Shown here piece by piece: positions 1 through 12,010 of a DNA stretch of 64,000 nt. The notes beneath the pieces were generated by a model. It made no database searches. It saw only the letters and a list, made by a program, of their open reading frames with translations, and was not told where the DNA came from. The DNA comes from Camelus dromedarius (taxonomy: Eukaryota), in the NCBI RefSeq assembly GCF_036321535.1, contig NC_087436.1:1054001-1118000 (forward strand), read 5' to 3'. The position numbers and the translations under genes were made by a program. The stretch's first letter is position 1. Every line of letters starts with the position of its first letter.

Positions 1-1889
1 ACCTCCCCATATATATGTATGGAATGGAGTTTGCAACTGAAAAGAAACTTTGTGTTCCCAACAAGCTAGGTGAAGGACGGATTTCACACACTTATCTCTC
101 AGAACTAAGCAAGTGGAGAGACGTTCGTTCATCTAGCACCAAGGGAATGGGTTGCAGGAGACACTTTTTCTCTGCTTTCTCAGTCTGTTTCCTAGTGCCG
201 GTTTGAAGTTCCTGCAGTTTTCATTGTCAAACCGATTTGGAGCTAGTATCTCCCCATATATATGTATGGAATGGAGTTTACAACTGAAAAGAAACTTTGT
301 GTTCCCAACAAGCTTGGAGAAGAGCGGCTTTCACACACACTTATCTCTCCGAACTGAGCAAGTGGAGAGACGTTCGTTCATCTAGCACCAAGGGAACGGG
401 TTGCAGGAGACACTTTTTCTCTGCTTTCTCAGTCTGTTTCCTAGTGCCGGTTTGAAGTTCCTGCCGTTTTCACTGTAAAACCGAGTTGGAGCTTCTACCT
501 CCCCATATATATGTATGGAATGGAGTTTGCAACTGAAAAGAAACTTTGTGTTCCCAACAAGCTAGGTGAAGGACGGCTTTCACACGCACTTATCTATCAG
601 AACTGAGCAAGTGGAGAGACGTTCGTTCATCTAGCACCAAGGGAACGGGTTGCAGGGACACTTTTTCTCTGCTTTCTCAGTCTGTTTCCTAGTGCCGGTT
701 TGAAGTTCCTGCAGTTTTCACTGTAAAACCGAGTTGGAGTTTCTACCTCCCCTATATATGTATGGAATGGAGTTTGCAACTGAAAAGAAACTTTGTGTTT
801 CCAACAAGCTAGGTGAAGGACGGCTTTCACACACTCTTATCTCTCAGAACTGAGCAAGTGGAGAGACGTTCGTTCATCTAGCACCAAGGGAACGGGTTGC
901 AGGAGACACTTTTTCTCTGCTTTCTCAGTCTGTTTCCTAGTGCCGTTTTGAAGTTCCTGCAGTTTTCACTGTCAAACGGAGTTGGAGCTAGTACCTCCCC
1001 ATATATATGTATGGAATGGAGTTTGCATCTGAAAAGAAACTTTGTGTTCCCAACAAGCTAGGTGAAGGACGGCTTTCACACACAATTATCTCTCAGAACT
1101 GAGCAAGAGGAGAGACGTTCGTTCATCTAGCACCAAGGGAACGGGTTGCAGGAGACACTTTTTCTCTGCTTTCTCAGTCTGTTTCCTAGTGCCGGTTTGA
1201 AGTTCCTGCAGTTTTCACTGTAAAACCGAGTTGGAGCTTCTACCTCCCCATATATATGTATGGAATGGAGTTTGCAACTGAAAAGAAACTTTGTGTTCCC
1301 AACAAGCTAGGTGAAGGACGGCTTTCACACACACTTATCTCTCAGAACAGAGCAAGTGGAGAGAAGTTCGTTCATCTAGCACCAAGGGAACGGTTTGCAG
1401 GAGACACTTTTTCTCTGCTTTCTCAATCTGTTTCCTAGTGCCGGTTTGAAGTTCCTGCAGTTTTCACTGTCAAACCGAGTTGGAGCTAGTACCTCCCCAT
1501 ATATATGTATGGAATGGAGTTTGCATCTGAAAAGAAACTTTGTGTTCCTAACAAGCTAGGTGAAGGACGGCTTTCACACACACTTATCTCTCAGAACGGA
1601 GCAAGTGGAGAGACGTTCGTTCATCTAGCACCAAGGGAACGGGTTGCAGGAGACACTTTTTCTCTGCTTTCTCAGTCTGTTTCCTAGTCCCGGTTTGAAG
1701 TTCCTGCAGTTTTCACTGTCAAACCGAGTTGGAGCTAGTACCTCCCCATATATATGTATGGACTGGAGTTTGCAACTGAAAAGATACTTTGTGTTCCCAA
1801 CAAGCTAGGTGAAGGATGGCTTTCACACACACTTATCTCTCAGAACTGAGCAAGTGGAGAGACGTTCGTTCATCTAGCACCAAGGGAAA

Positions 1890-2340
1890 GGGTTGCAGGA
1901 GACACTTTTTCTCTGCTTTCTCAGTCTGTTTCCTAGTGACGGTTTGAATTTCCTTCAGTTTTCACTGTAAAACCGAGTTGGAGCTGGTACCTCCCCATAT
2001 ATATGTATGGAATGGAGTTTGCAACTGAAAAGAAACTTTGTGTTCCCAACAAGCTAGGTGAAGGACGGCTTTCACACACACTTATCTCTCAGAACTGAGC
2101 AAGTGGAGAGACGTTCGTTCATCTAGCACCAAGGGAACGGGTTGCAGGAGACACTTTTTCTCTGCTTTCTCAGTCTGTTTCCTAGTGACGGTTTGAATTT
2201 CCTTCAGTTTTCACTGTAAAACCGAGTTGGAGCTGGTACCTCCCCATATATATGTATGGAATGGAGTTTGCAACTGAAAAGAAACTTTGTGTTCCCAACA
2301 AGCTAGGTGAAGGACGGCTTTCACACACACTTATCTCTCA
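1890..2340 (+). repeat. Single-monomer tandem duplication
   Basis: The haplotype gtgAcgg / gaaTttcc / cctTcag / gagctGgt occurs twice at an offset of 249 (for example, A at 1939 and 2188). Confidence 0.85.
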
Positions 2341-5300
2341 GAACAGAGAAAGTGGAGAGACGTTCGTTCATCTAGCACCAAGGGAACGGGTTGCAGGAGA
2401 CACTTTTTCTCTGCTTTCTCAGTCTGTTTCCTAGTGCCGGTTTGAAGTTCCTGCAGTTTTCACTGTAAAACCGAGTTGGAGCTAGTACCTCCCCATATAT
2501 ATGTATGGAATGGAGTTTGCAACTGAAAAGAAACTTTGTGTTCCCAACAAGCTAGGTGAAGGACGGCTTTCGCACACACTTATCTCTAAGAACTGAGCAA
2601 GTGGAGAGACGTTCGTTCATCTAGCACCAAGGGAACGAGTTGCAGGAGACACTTTTTCTCTGCTTTCTCTGTATGTTTCCTAGTGCCGGTATGAAGTTCC
2701 TGCATTTTTCACTGTAAAACCGAGTTGGAGCTTCTACTCCCCATATATATTTATGGAATGGAGTTTGCAACTGAAAAGAAACTTTGTGTTCCCAACAAGC
2801 TAGTTGAAGGACGGCTTTCACACACACTTATCTCTCAGAACTGAGCAAGTGGAGAGACGTTCGTTCATCCAGCACCAAGGGAACGGGTTGCAGGAGACAC
2901 GTTTTCTCTGCTTTCTCAGTCTGTTTCCTAGTGCCGGTTTGAAGTTCCTGCAGTTATCACTGTAAAACCGAGTTGGAGCTTGTGCCTCCCCATATATATG
3001 TATGGAATGGAGTTTGCAACTGAAAAGAAACTTTGTGTTCCCAACAAGCTTGGTGAAGGACGGCTTTCACACACACTTATCTCTCAGAACTGAGCAAGTG
3101 TAGAGACGTTCGTTCATCCAGCACCAAGGGAACGGGTTGCAGGAGACACGTTTTCTCTGCTTTCTCAGTCTGTTTCCTAGTGCCGGTTTGAAGTTCCTGC
3201 AGTTATCACTGTAAAACCGAGTTGGAGCTTGTACCTCCCCATATATATGTATGGAATGGAGTTTGCAACTGAAAAGAAACTTTGTGTTCCCAACAAGCTT
3301 GGTGAAGGACGGCTTTCACACACACTTATATCTCAGAGCTGAGCAAGTGGAGAGACGTTCGTTCATCCAGCACCAAGGGAACGGGTTGCAGGAGACACTT
3401 TTTCTCTGTTTTCTCAGTCTGTTTCCTAGTGCCGGTTTGAAGTTCCTGCAGTTTTCACTGTGAAACCGAGTTGGAGCTAGTACCTCCCCATATATATGTA
3501 TGGAATGGAGTTTGCAACTGAAAAGAAACTTTGTGTTCCCAACAAGCTAGTTGAAGGTCGGCTTTCACACACACATATCTCTCAGAACTGAGCAAGTGGA
3601 GAGACGTTCGTTCATCTAGCACCAAGGGAACGGGTTGCAGGAGACACTTTTTCTCTGCTTCCTCAGTCTGTTTCCTAGTGCCGGTTTTAAGTTCGTGCAG
3701 TTTTCACTGTAAAACCGAGTTGGAGCTTGTACCTCCCCATATATATGTATGGAATGGAGTTTGCAACTGAAAAGAAACTTTGTGTTCCCAACAAGCTAGG
3801 TGAAGGACGGCTTTCACACACACTTATCTCTCAGAACAGAGCAAGTGGAGAGACGTTCGTTCATCTAGCACCAAGGGAACGGGTTGCAGGAGACACTTTT
3901 TCTCTGCTTTCTCAGTCTGTTTCCTAGTGCCGGTTTGAAGTTCCTGCAGTTTTCACTGTCAAACCGAGTTGGAGCTAGTACCTCCCCATATATATGTAAG
4001 GAATGGAGTTTGCAACTGAAAAGAAACTTTGTGTTCCCAACAAGCTAGGTGAAGGACGGCTTTCACACACATTTATCTCTCAGAACTGAGCAAGTGGAGA
4101 GACGTTCGTTCATGTAGCACCAAGGGAACGGGTTGCAGGAGACACTTTTTCTCTGCTTTCTCAGTCTGTTTCCTAGTGCCGGTTAGAAGTTCCTGCAGTT
4201 TTCACTGTCAAACCGAGTTGGAGCTAGTACCTCCCCATATATATGTATGGAATGGAGTTTGCAACTGAAAAGAAACTTTGTGTTCCCAACAAGCTAGGTG
4301 AAGGACGGCTTTCACACACACTTATCTCTCAGAACTGAGCAAGTGGAGAGACGTTCGTTCATCTAGCACCAAGGGAACGGGTTGCAGGTGACACTTTTTC
4401 TCTGCTTTCTCAGTCTGTTTCCTAGGGCCGGTTTGAAGTTCCTGCAGTTTTCACTGTCAAACCGAGTTGGAGCTAGTACCTCCCCTTATATATGTATGGA
4501 ATGGAGTTGGCAACTGAAAAGAAACTTTGTGTTCCCAACAAGCTAGGTGAAGGATGGCTTTCAAACACACTTATCTCTCAGAACTTAGCAAGTGGAGAGA
4601 CGTTCTTTCATGTAGCACCAAGGGAACGGGTTGCAGGAGACACTTTTTCTCTGCTTTCTCAGTCTGTTTCCTAGTGCCGGTTTGAAGTTCCTGCAGTTTT
4701 CACTGTCAAACCGAGTTGGAGCTTGTACCTCCCCATATATATGTATGGAATGGAGTTTGCAACTGAAAAGAAACTTTGTGTTCCCAACAAGCTAGGTGAA
4801 GGACGGCTTTCACACACACTTATCTCTCAGAACTGAGCAAGTGGAGAGACGTTCGTTCATCTAGCACCAAGGGAACGGGTTGCAGGTGACACTTTTTCTC
4901 TGCTTTCTCAGTCTGTTTCCTAGTGCCGGTTTGAAGTTCCTGCAGTTTTCACTGTCAAACCGAGTTGGAGCTAGTACCTCCCCTTATATATGTATGGAAT
5001 GGAGTTGGCAACTGAAAAGAAACTTTGTGTTCCCAACAAGCTAGGTGAAGGACGGCTTTCACACACACTTATCTCTCAGAACTGATCAAGTGGAGAGACG
5101 TTCGTTCATCTAGCACCAAGGGAACGGGTTGCAGGAGACACTTTTTCTCTGCTTTCTCAGTCTGTTTCCTAGTGCCGGTTTGAAGTTCCTGCAGTTTTCA
5201 CTGTAAAACCGAGTTGGAGCTTCTACCTCCCCATATATATGTATGGAATGGAGTTTGCAACTGAAAAGAAACTTTGTGTTCCCAACAAGCTAGGTGAAGG

Positions 5301-8300
5301 ACGGCTTTCACACACACTTATCTCTCAGAACAGAGCAAGTGGAGAGACGTTCGTTCATCTAGCACCAAGGGAACGGGTTGCAGGAGACACTTTTTCTCTG
5401 CTTTCTCAGTCTGTTTCCTAGTGCCGGTTTGAAGTTCCTGCAGTTTTCACTGTAAAACCGAGTTGGAGCTTCTACCTCCCCATATATATGTATGGAATGG
5501 AGTTTGCAACTGAAAAGAAACTTTGTGTTCCCAACAAGCTAGGTGAAGGACGGCTTTCACACACACTTATCTCTCAGAACAGAGCAAGTGGAGAGACGTT
5601 CGTTCATCTAGCACCAAGGGAACGGGTTGCAGGAGACACTTTTTCTCTGCTTTCTCAGTCTGTTTCCTAGTGCCGGTTTGAAGTTCCTGCAGTTTTAACT
5701 GTAAAACCGAGTTGGAGCTTGTACCTCCCCATATATATGTATGGAATGGAGTTTGCAACTGAAAAGAAACTTTGTGTTCCCAACAAGCTAGGTGAAGGAC
5801 GGCTTTCACACACACTTATCTCTCAGAACTGAGCAAGTGGAGAGACGTTCGTTCATCCAGCACCAAGGGAACGGGTTGCAGGAGACACGTTTTCTCTGCT
5901 TTCTCAGTCTGTTTCCTAGTGCCGGTTTGAAGTTCCTGCAGTTTTCACTGTAAAACCGAGTTGGAGCTTCTACCTCCCCATATATATGTATGGAATGGAG
6001 TTTGCAACTGAAAAGAAACTTTGTGTTCCCAACAAGCTAGGTGAAGGACGGCTTTCACACACACTTATCTCTCAGAACAGAGCAAGTGGAGAGACGTTCG
6101 TTCATCTAGCACCAAGGGAACGGGTTGCAGGAGACACTTTTTCTCTGCTTTCTCAGTCTGTTTCCTAGTGCCGGTTTGAAGTTCCTGCAGTTTTCACTGT
6201 AAAACCGAGTTGGAGCTTCTACCTCCCCATATATATGTATGGAATGGAGTTTGCAACTGAAAAGAAACTTTGTGTTCCCAACAAGCTAGGTGAAGGACGG
6301 CTTTCACACACACTTATCTCTCAGAACTGAGCAAGTGGAGAGACGTTCGTTCATCTAGCACCAAGGGAACGGGTTGCAGGAGACACTTTTTCTCTGCTTC
6401 CTCAGTCTGTTTCCTACTGCCGGTTTTACGTTCGTGCAGTTTTAACTGTAAAACCGAGTTGGAGCTTGTACCTCCCCATATATATGTAAGGAATGGAGTT
6501 TGCAACTGAAAAGAAACTTTGTGTTCCCAACAACCTAGGTGAAGGACGGCTTTCACACACACTTATCTCTCAGAACAGAGCAAGTGGAGAGACGTTCGTT
6601 CATCTAGCACCAAGGGAACGGGTTGCAGGAGACACTTTTTCTCTGCTTTCTCAGTCTGTTTCCTAGTGCCGGTTTGAAGTTCCTGCAGTTTTCACTGTCA
6701 AACCGAGTTGGAGCTTCTACCTCCCCATATATATGTATGGAATGGAGTTTGCAACTGAAAAGAAACTTTGTGTTCCCAACAAGCTAGGTGAAGGACGGCT
6801 TTCACACACACTTATCTCTCAGAACAGAGCAAGTGGAGAGACGTTCGTTCATCTAGCACCAAGGGAACGGGTTGCAGGAGACACTTTTTCTCTGATTTCT
6901 CAGTCTGTTTCCTAGTGCCGGTTTGAAGTTCCTGCAGTTTTCACTGTAAAACCGAGTTGGAGCTTCTACCTCCCCATATATATGTATGGAATGGAGTTTG
7001 CAACTGAAAAGAAACTTTGTGTTCCCAACAAGCTAGGTGAAGGACGGCTTTCACACACACTTATCTCTCAGAACTGAGCAAGTGGAGAGACGTTCGTTCA
7101 TCTAGCACCAAGGGAACGGGTTGCAGGAGACACTTTTTCTCTGCTTCCTCAGTCTGTTTCCTAGTGCCGGTTTTACGTTCGTGCAGTTTTCACTGTAAAA
7201 CCGAGTTGGAGCTTGTACCTCCCCAAATATATGTATGGAATGGAGTTTGCAACTGAAAAGAAACTTTGTGTTCCCAACAACCTAGGTGATGGACGGCTTT
7301 CACACACACTTATCTCTCAGAACAGAGCAAGTGGAGAGACGTTCGTTCATCTAGCACCAAGGGAACGGGTTGCAGGAGACACATTTTCTCTGCTTTCTCA
7401 GTCTGTTTCCTAGTGCCGGTTTGAAGTTCCTGCAGTTTTCACTGTCAAACCGAGTTGGAGCTAGTACCTCCCCATATATATGTATGGAATGGAGTTTGCA
7501 ACTGAAAAGAAACTTTGTGTTCCCAACAAGCTAGGTGAAGGACGGCTTTCACACACACTTATCTCTCAGAACTGAGCAAGTGGAGAGACGTTCGTTCATC
7601 TAGCACCAAGGGAACGGGTTGCAGGTGACACTTTTTCTCTGCTTTCTCAGTCTATTTCCTAGTGCCGGTTTGAAGTTCCTGCAGTTTTCACTGTCAAACC
7701 GAGTTGGAGCTAGTACCTCCCCTTATATATGTATGGAATGGAGTTGGCAAGTGAAAAGAAACTTTGTGTTCCCAACAAGCTAGGTGAAGGACGGCTTTCA
7801 CACACACTTATCTCTCAGAACTTAGCAAGTGGAGAGACGTTCTTTCATGTAGCACCAAGGGAACGGGTTGCAGGAGACACTTTTTCTCTGCTTTCTCAGT
7901 CTGTTTCCTAGTGCCGGTTTGAAGTTCCTGCAGTTTTCACTGTAAAACCGAGTTGGAGCTTCTACCTCCCCATATATATGTATGGAATGGAGTTTGCAAC
8001 TGAAAAGAAACTTTGTGTTCCCAACAAGCTAGGTGAAGGACGGCTTTCACACACACTTATCTCTCAGAACTGAGCAAGTGGAGAGACGTTCGTTCATCTA
8101 GCACCAAGGGAACGGGTTGCAGGTGACACTTTTTCTCTGCTTTCTCAGTCTATTTCCTAGTGCCGGTTTGAAGTTCCTGCAGTTTTCACTGTCAAACCGA
8201 GTTGGAGCTAGTACCTCCCCTTATATATGTATGGAATGGAGTTGGCAAGTGAAAAGAAACTTTGTGTTCCCAACAAGCTAGGTGAAGGACGGCTTTCACA

Positions 8301-9457
8301 CACACTTATCTCTCAGAACTTAGCAAGTGGAGAGACGTTCTTTCATGTAGCACCAAGGGAACGGGTTGCAGGAGACACTTTTTCTCTGCTTTCTCAGTCT
8401 GTTTCCTAGTGCCGGTTTGAAGTTCCTCCAGTTTTCACTGTAAAACCGTGTTGGAGCTTGTACCTCCCCATATATATGTATGGAATGGAGTTTGCAACTG
8501 AAAAGAAACTTTGTGTTCCCAACAAGCTAGGTGAAGGACGGCTTTCACACACACTTATCTCTCAGAACTGAGCAAGTGGAGAGACGTTCGTTCATCTAGC
8601 ACCAAGGGAACTGGTTGCAGGAGACACTTTTTCTCTGCTTTCTCAGTCTGTTTCCTAGTGCCGGTTTGAAGTTCCTGCAGTTTTCACTGTGAAACCGAGT
8701 TGGAGCTTCTACCTCCCCATATATATGTATGGAATGGCGTTTGCAACTGAAAAGAAACTTTGTGTTCCCAACAAGCTAGGTGAAGGACGGCTTTCACACA
8801 CACTTATCTCTCAGAACAGAGCAAGTGGAGAGAATTTCGTTCATCTAGCACCAAGGGAACGGGTTGCAGGAGACACTTTTTCTCTGCTTTCTCAGTCTGT
8901 TTCCTAGTGCCGGTTTGAAGTTCCTGCAGTTTTCACTGTCAACCCGAGTTGGAGCTAGTACCTCCCCATATATATGTATGGAATGGAGTTTGCAACTGAA
9001 AAGAAACTTTGTGTTCCCAACAAGCTAGGTGAAGGACGGCTTTCACACGCACATATCTCTCAGAACTGAGCAAGTGGAGAGATGTTCGTTCATCTAGCAC
9101 CAAGGGAACGGGTTGCAGGAGACACTTTTTCTCTGCTTTCTCAGTCTGTTTCCTAGTGCCGGTTTGAAGTTCCTGCAGTTTTCACTGTCAAACCGATTTG
9201 GAGGTAGTACCTCCCCATATATATGTATGGAATGGAGTTTGCAACTGAAAAGAAACTTTGTGTTCCCAACAAGCTAGGTGAAGGACGGCTTTCACACACA
9301 TTTATCTCTCACAACTGAGCAAGTGGAGAGACGTTCGTTCATGTAGCACCAAGGGAACGGGTTGCAGGAGACACTTTTTCTCTGCTTTCTCAGTCTGTTT
9401 CCTAGTGCCGATTAGAAGTTCCTGCAGTTTTCACTGTCAAACCGAGTTGGAGCTAGT

Positions 9458-9706
9458 ACCTCCCCATATATATGTATGGAATGGAGTTTGCAACTGAAAA
9501 GAAACTTTGTGTTCCCAACAAGCTAGGTGAAGGACGGCTTTCACACACACTTATCTCTCAGAACTGAGCAAGTGGAGAGACGTTCGTTCATCTAGCACCA
9601 AGGGAACGGGTTGCAGGAGACACTTTTTCTCTGCTTTCTCAGTCTGTTTCCTAGTGCCGGTTTGAAGTTCCTGCAGTTTTCACTGTAAAACCGAGTTGGA
9701 GCTAGT
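9458..9706 (+). repeat. Representative consensus-type 249-bp monomer
   Basis: ACCTCCCCATATATATGTATGGAATGGAGTTTGCAACTGAAAAGAAACTTTGTGTTCCCAACAAGCTAGGTGAAGGACGGCTTTCACACACACTTATCTCTCAGAACTGAGCAAGTGGAGAGACGTTCGTTCATCTAGCACCAAGGGAACGGGTTGCAGGAGACACTTTTTCTCTGCTTTCTCAGTCTGTTTCCTAGTGCCGGTTTGAAGTTCCTGCAGTTTTCACTGTAAAACCGAGTTGGAGCTAGT. Hand count: 113/249 G+C, 6 CpG, one PstI site (CTGCAG) and one HpaII/MspI site (CCGG). Confidence 0.95.
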
Positions 9707-12010
9707 ACCTCCCCATATATATGTATGGAATGGAGTTTGCAACTGAAAAGAAACTTTATGTTCCCAACAAGCTAGGTGAAGGACGGCTTTCACACACACT
9801 TATCTCTCAGAACTGAGCAAGTGGAGAGACGTTCGTTCATCTAGCACAAATGGAACGGGTTGCAGGAGACACTTTTTCTCTGCTTTCTCAGTCTGTTTCC
9901 TAGGGCCGGTTTGAAGTTCCTGCAGTTTTCACTGTCAAACCGAGTTGGAGTTAGTACCTCCCCGTATATATGTATGGAATTGAGTTGGCAACTGAAAAGA
10001 AACTTTGTGTTCCCAACAATCTAGGTGAAGGACGGCTTTCACACACACTTATCTCTCAGAACTGAGCAAGTGGAAAGACGTTCTTTCATGTAGCACCAAG
10101 GGAACGGGTTGCAGGAGACACTTTTTCTCTGCTTCCTCAGTCTGTTTCCTAGTGCCGGTTTGAAGTTCCTGCAGTTTTCACTGTAAAACCGAGTTGGAGC
10201 TTCTACCTCCCCATATATATGTATGGAATGGAGTTTGCAACTGAAAAGAAACTTTGTGTTCCCAACAAGCTAGGTGAAGGACGGCTTTCACACACACTTA
10301 TCTCTGAGAACTGAGCAAGTGGAGAGACGTTCGTTCATCTAGCACCAAAGGAACGGGTTGCAGGAGACACTTTTTCTCTGCTTTCTCAGTTTGTTTCCTA
10401 GTGCCGGTTTGAAGTTCCTGCAGTTTTCTCTGTGAAACCGAGTTGGAGCTTCTACCTCCCCATATATATGTATGGAATGGAGTTTGCAACTGAAAAGAAA
10501 CTTTGTGTTCCCAACAAGCTAGGTGAAGGACGGCTTTCACACGCACTTATCTCTCAGAACTGAGCAAGTGGAGAGACGTTCGTTCATCTAGCACCAAGGG
10601 AACGGGTTGCAGGTGACACTTTTTCTCTGCTTTCTCAGTCTATTTCCTAGTGCCGGTTTGAAGTTCCTGCAGTTTTCACTGTCAAACCGAGTTGGAGCTA
10701 GTACCTCCCCTTATATATGTATGGAATGGAGTTGGCAACTGAAAAGAAACTTTGTGTTCCCAACAAGCTAGGTGAAGGACGGCTTTCACACACATTTATC
10801 TCTCAGAACTGAGCAAGTGGAGAGACGTTCTTTCATGTAGCACCAAGGGAACGGGTTGCAGGAGACACTTTTTCTCTGCTTTCTCAGTCTGTTTCCTAGT
10901 GCCGGTTTGAAGTTCCTGCAGTTTTCACTGTAAAACCGTGTTGGAGCTTGTACCTCCCCATATATATGTATGGAATGGAGTTTGCAACTGAAAAGAAACT
11001 TTGTGTTCCCAACAAGCTAGGTGAAGGACGGCTTTCACACACACTTATCTCTCAGAACTGAGCAAGTGGAGAGACGTTCGTTCATCTAGCACCAAGGGAA
11101 CGGGTTGCAGGAGACACTTTTTCTCTGCTTTCTCAGTCTGTTTCCTAGTGCCGGTTTGAAGTTCCTGCAGTTTTCACTGTAAAACCGAGTTGGAGCTAGT
11201 ACCTCCCCATATATATGTATGGAATGGAGTTTGCAACTGAAAAGAAACTTTATGTTCCCAACAAGCTAGGTGAAGGACGGCTTTCACACACACTTATCTC
11301 TCAGAACTGAGCAAGTGGAGAGACGTTCGTTCATCTAGCACAAATGGAACGGGTTGCAGGAGACACTTTTTCTCTGCTTTCTCAGTCTGTTTCCTAGGGC
11401 CGGTTTGAAGTTCCTGCAGTTTTCACTGTCAAACCGAGTTGGAGTTAGTACCTCCCCGTATATATGTATTGAATTGAGTTGGCAACTGAAAAGAAACTTT
11501 GTGTTCCCAACAATCTAGGTGAAGGACGGCTTTCACACACACTTATCTCTCAGAACTGAGCAAGTGGAGAGACGTTCTTTCATGTAGCACCAAGGGAACG
11601 GGTTGCAGGAGACACTTTTTCTCTGCTTCCTCAGTCTGTTTCCTAGTGCCGGTTTGAAGTTCCTGCAGTTTTCACTGTAAAACCGAGTTGGAGCTTCTAC
11701 CTCCCCATATATATGTATGGAATGGAGTTTGCAACTGAAAAGAAACTTTGTGTTCCCAACAAGCTAGGTGAAGGACGGCTTTCACACACACTTATCTCTG
11801 AGAACTGAGCAAGTGGAGAGACGTTCGTTCATCTAGCACCAAAGGAACGGGTTGCAGGAGACACTTTTTCTCTGCTTTCTCAGTTTGTTTCCTACTGCCG
11901 GTTTGAAGTTCCTGCAGTTTTCTCTGTGAAACCGAGTTGGAGCTTCTACCTCCCCATATATATGTATGGAATGGAGTTTGCAACTGAAAAGAAACTTTGT
12001 GTTCCCAACA
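9460..12010 (+). repeat. ~4-monomer block repeated at a 6-monomer offset (1494 bp)
   Basis: tttAtgtt at 9758/11252, cacAaaTgg at ~9847/11341, ctctGag at 10306/11800, accaaAgg at 10349/11843. The ORF pair 10298/11792 has the same offset. Confidence 0.8.

Noticed and set aside
9466..9473. TATA-like element (ATATATAT) as a promoter
   Set aside because: It is a short AT dinucleotide tract with no associated gene or transcription evidence.
9476..9485. ATGGAATGGA resembling human satellite 2/3 (GGAAT)n
   Set aside because: Only about two pentamer units per monomer, which is too short to imply homology.
9583..9610. Possible CENP-B box (TTCG and CGGG both present in the monomer)
   Set aside because: The canonical motif is TTCG-N4-A-N2-CGGG, with 7 nt between the halves. 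Here they are 20 nt apart. The aaCccgagt variant gives CCCGnnT but lacks the required CGAA.
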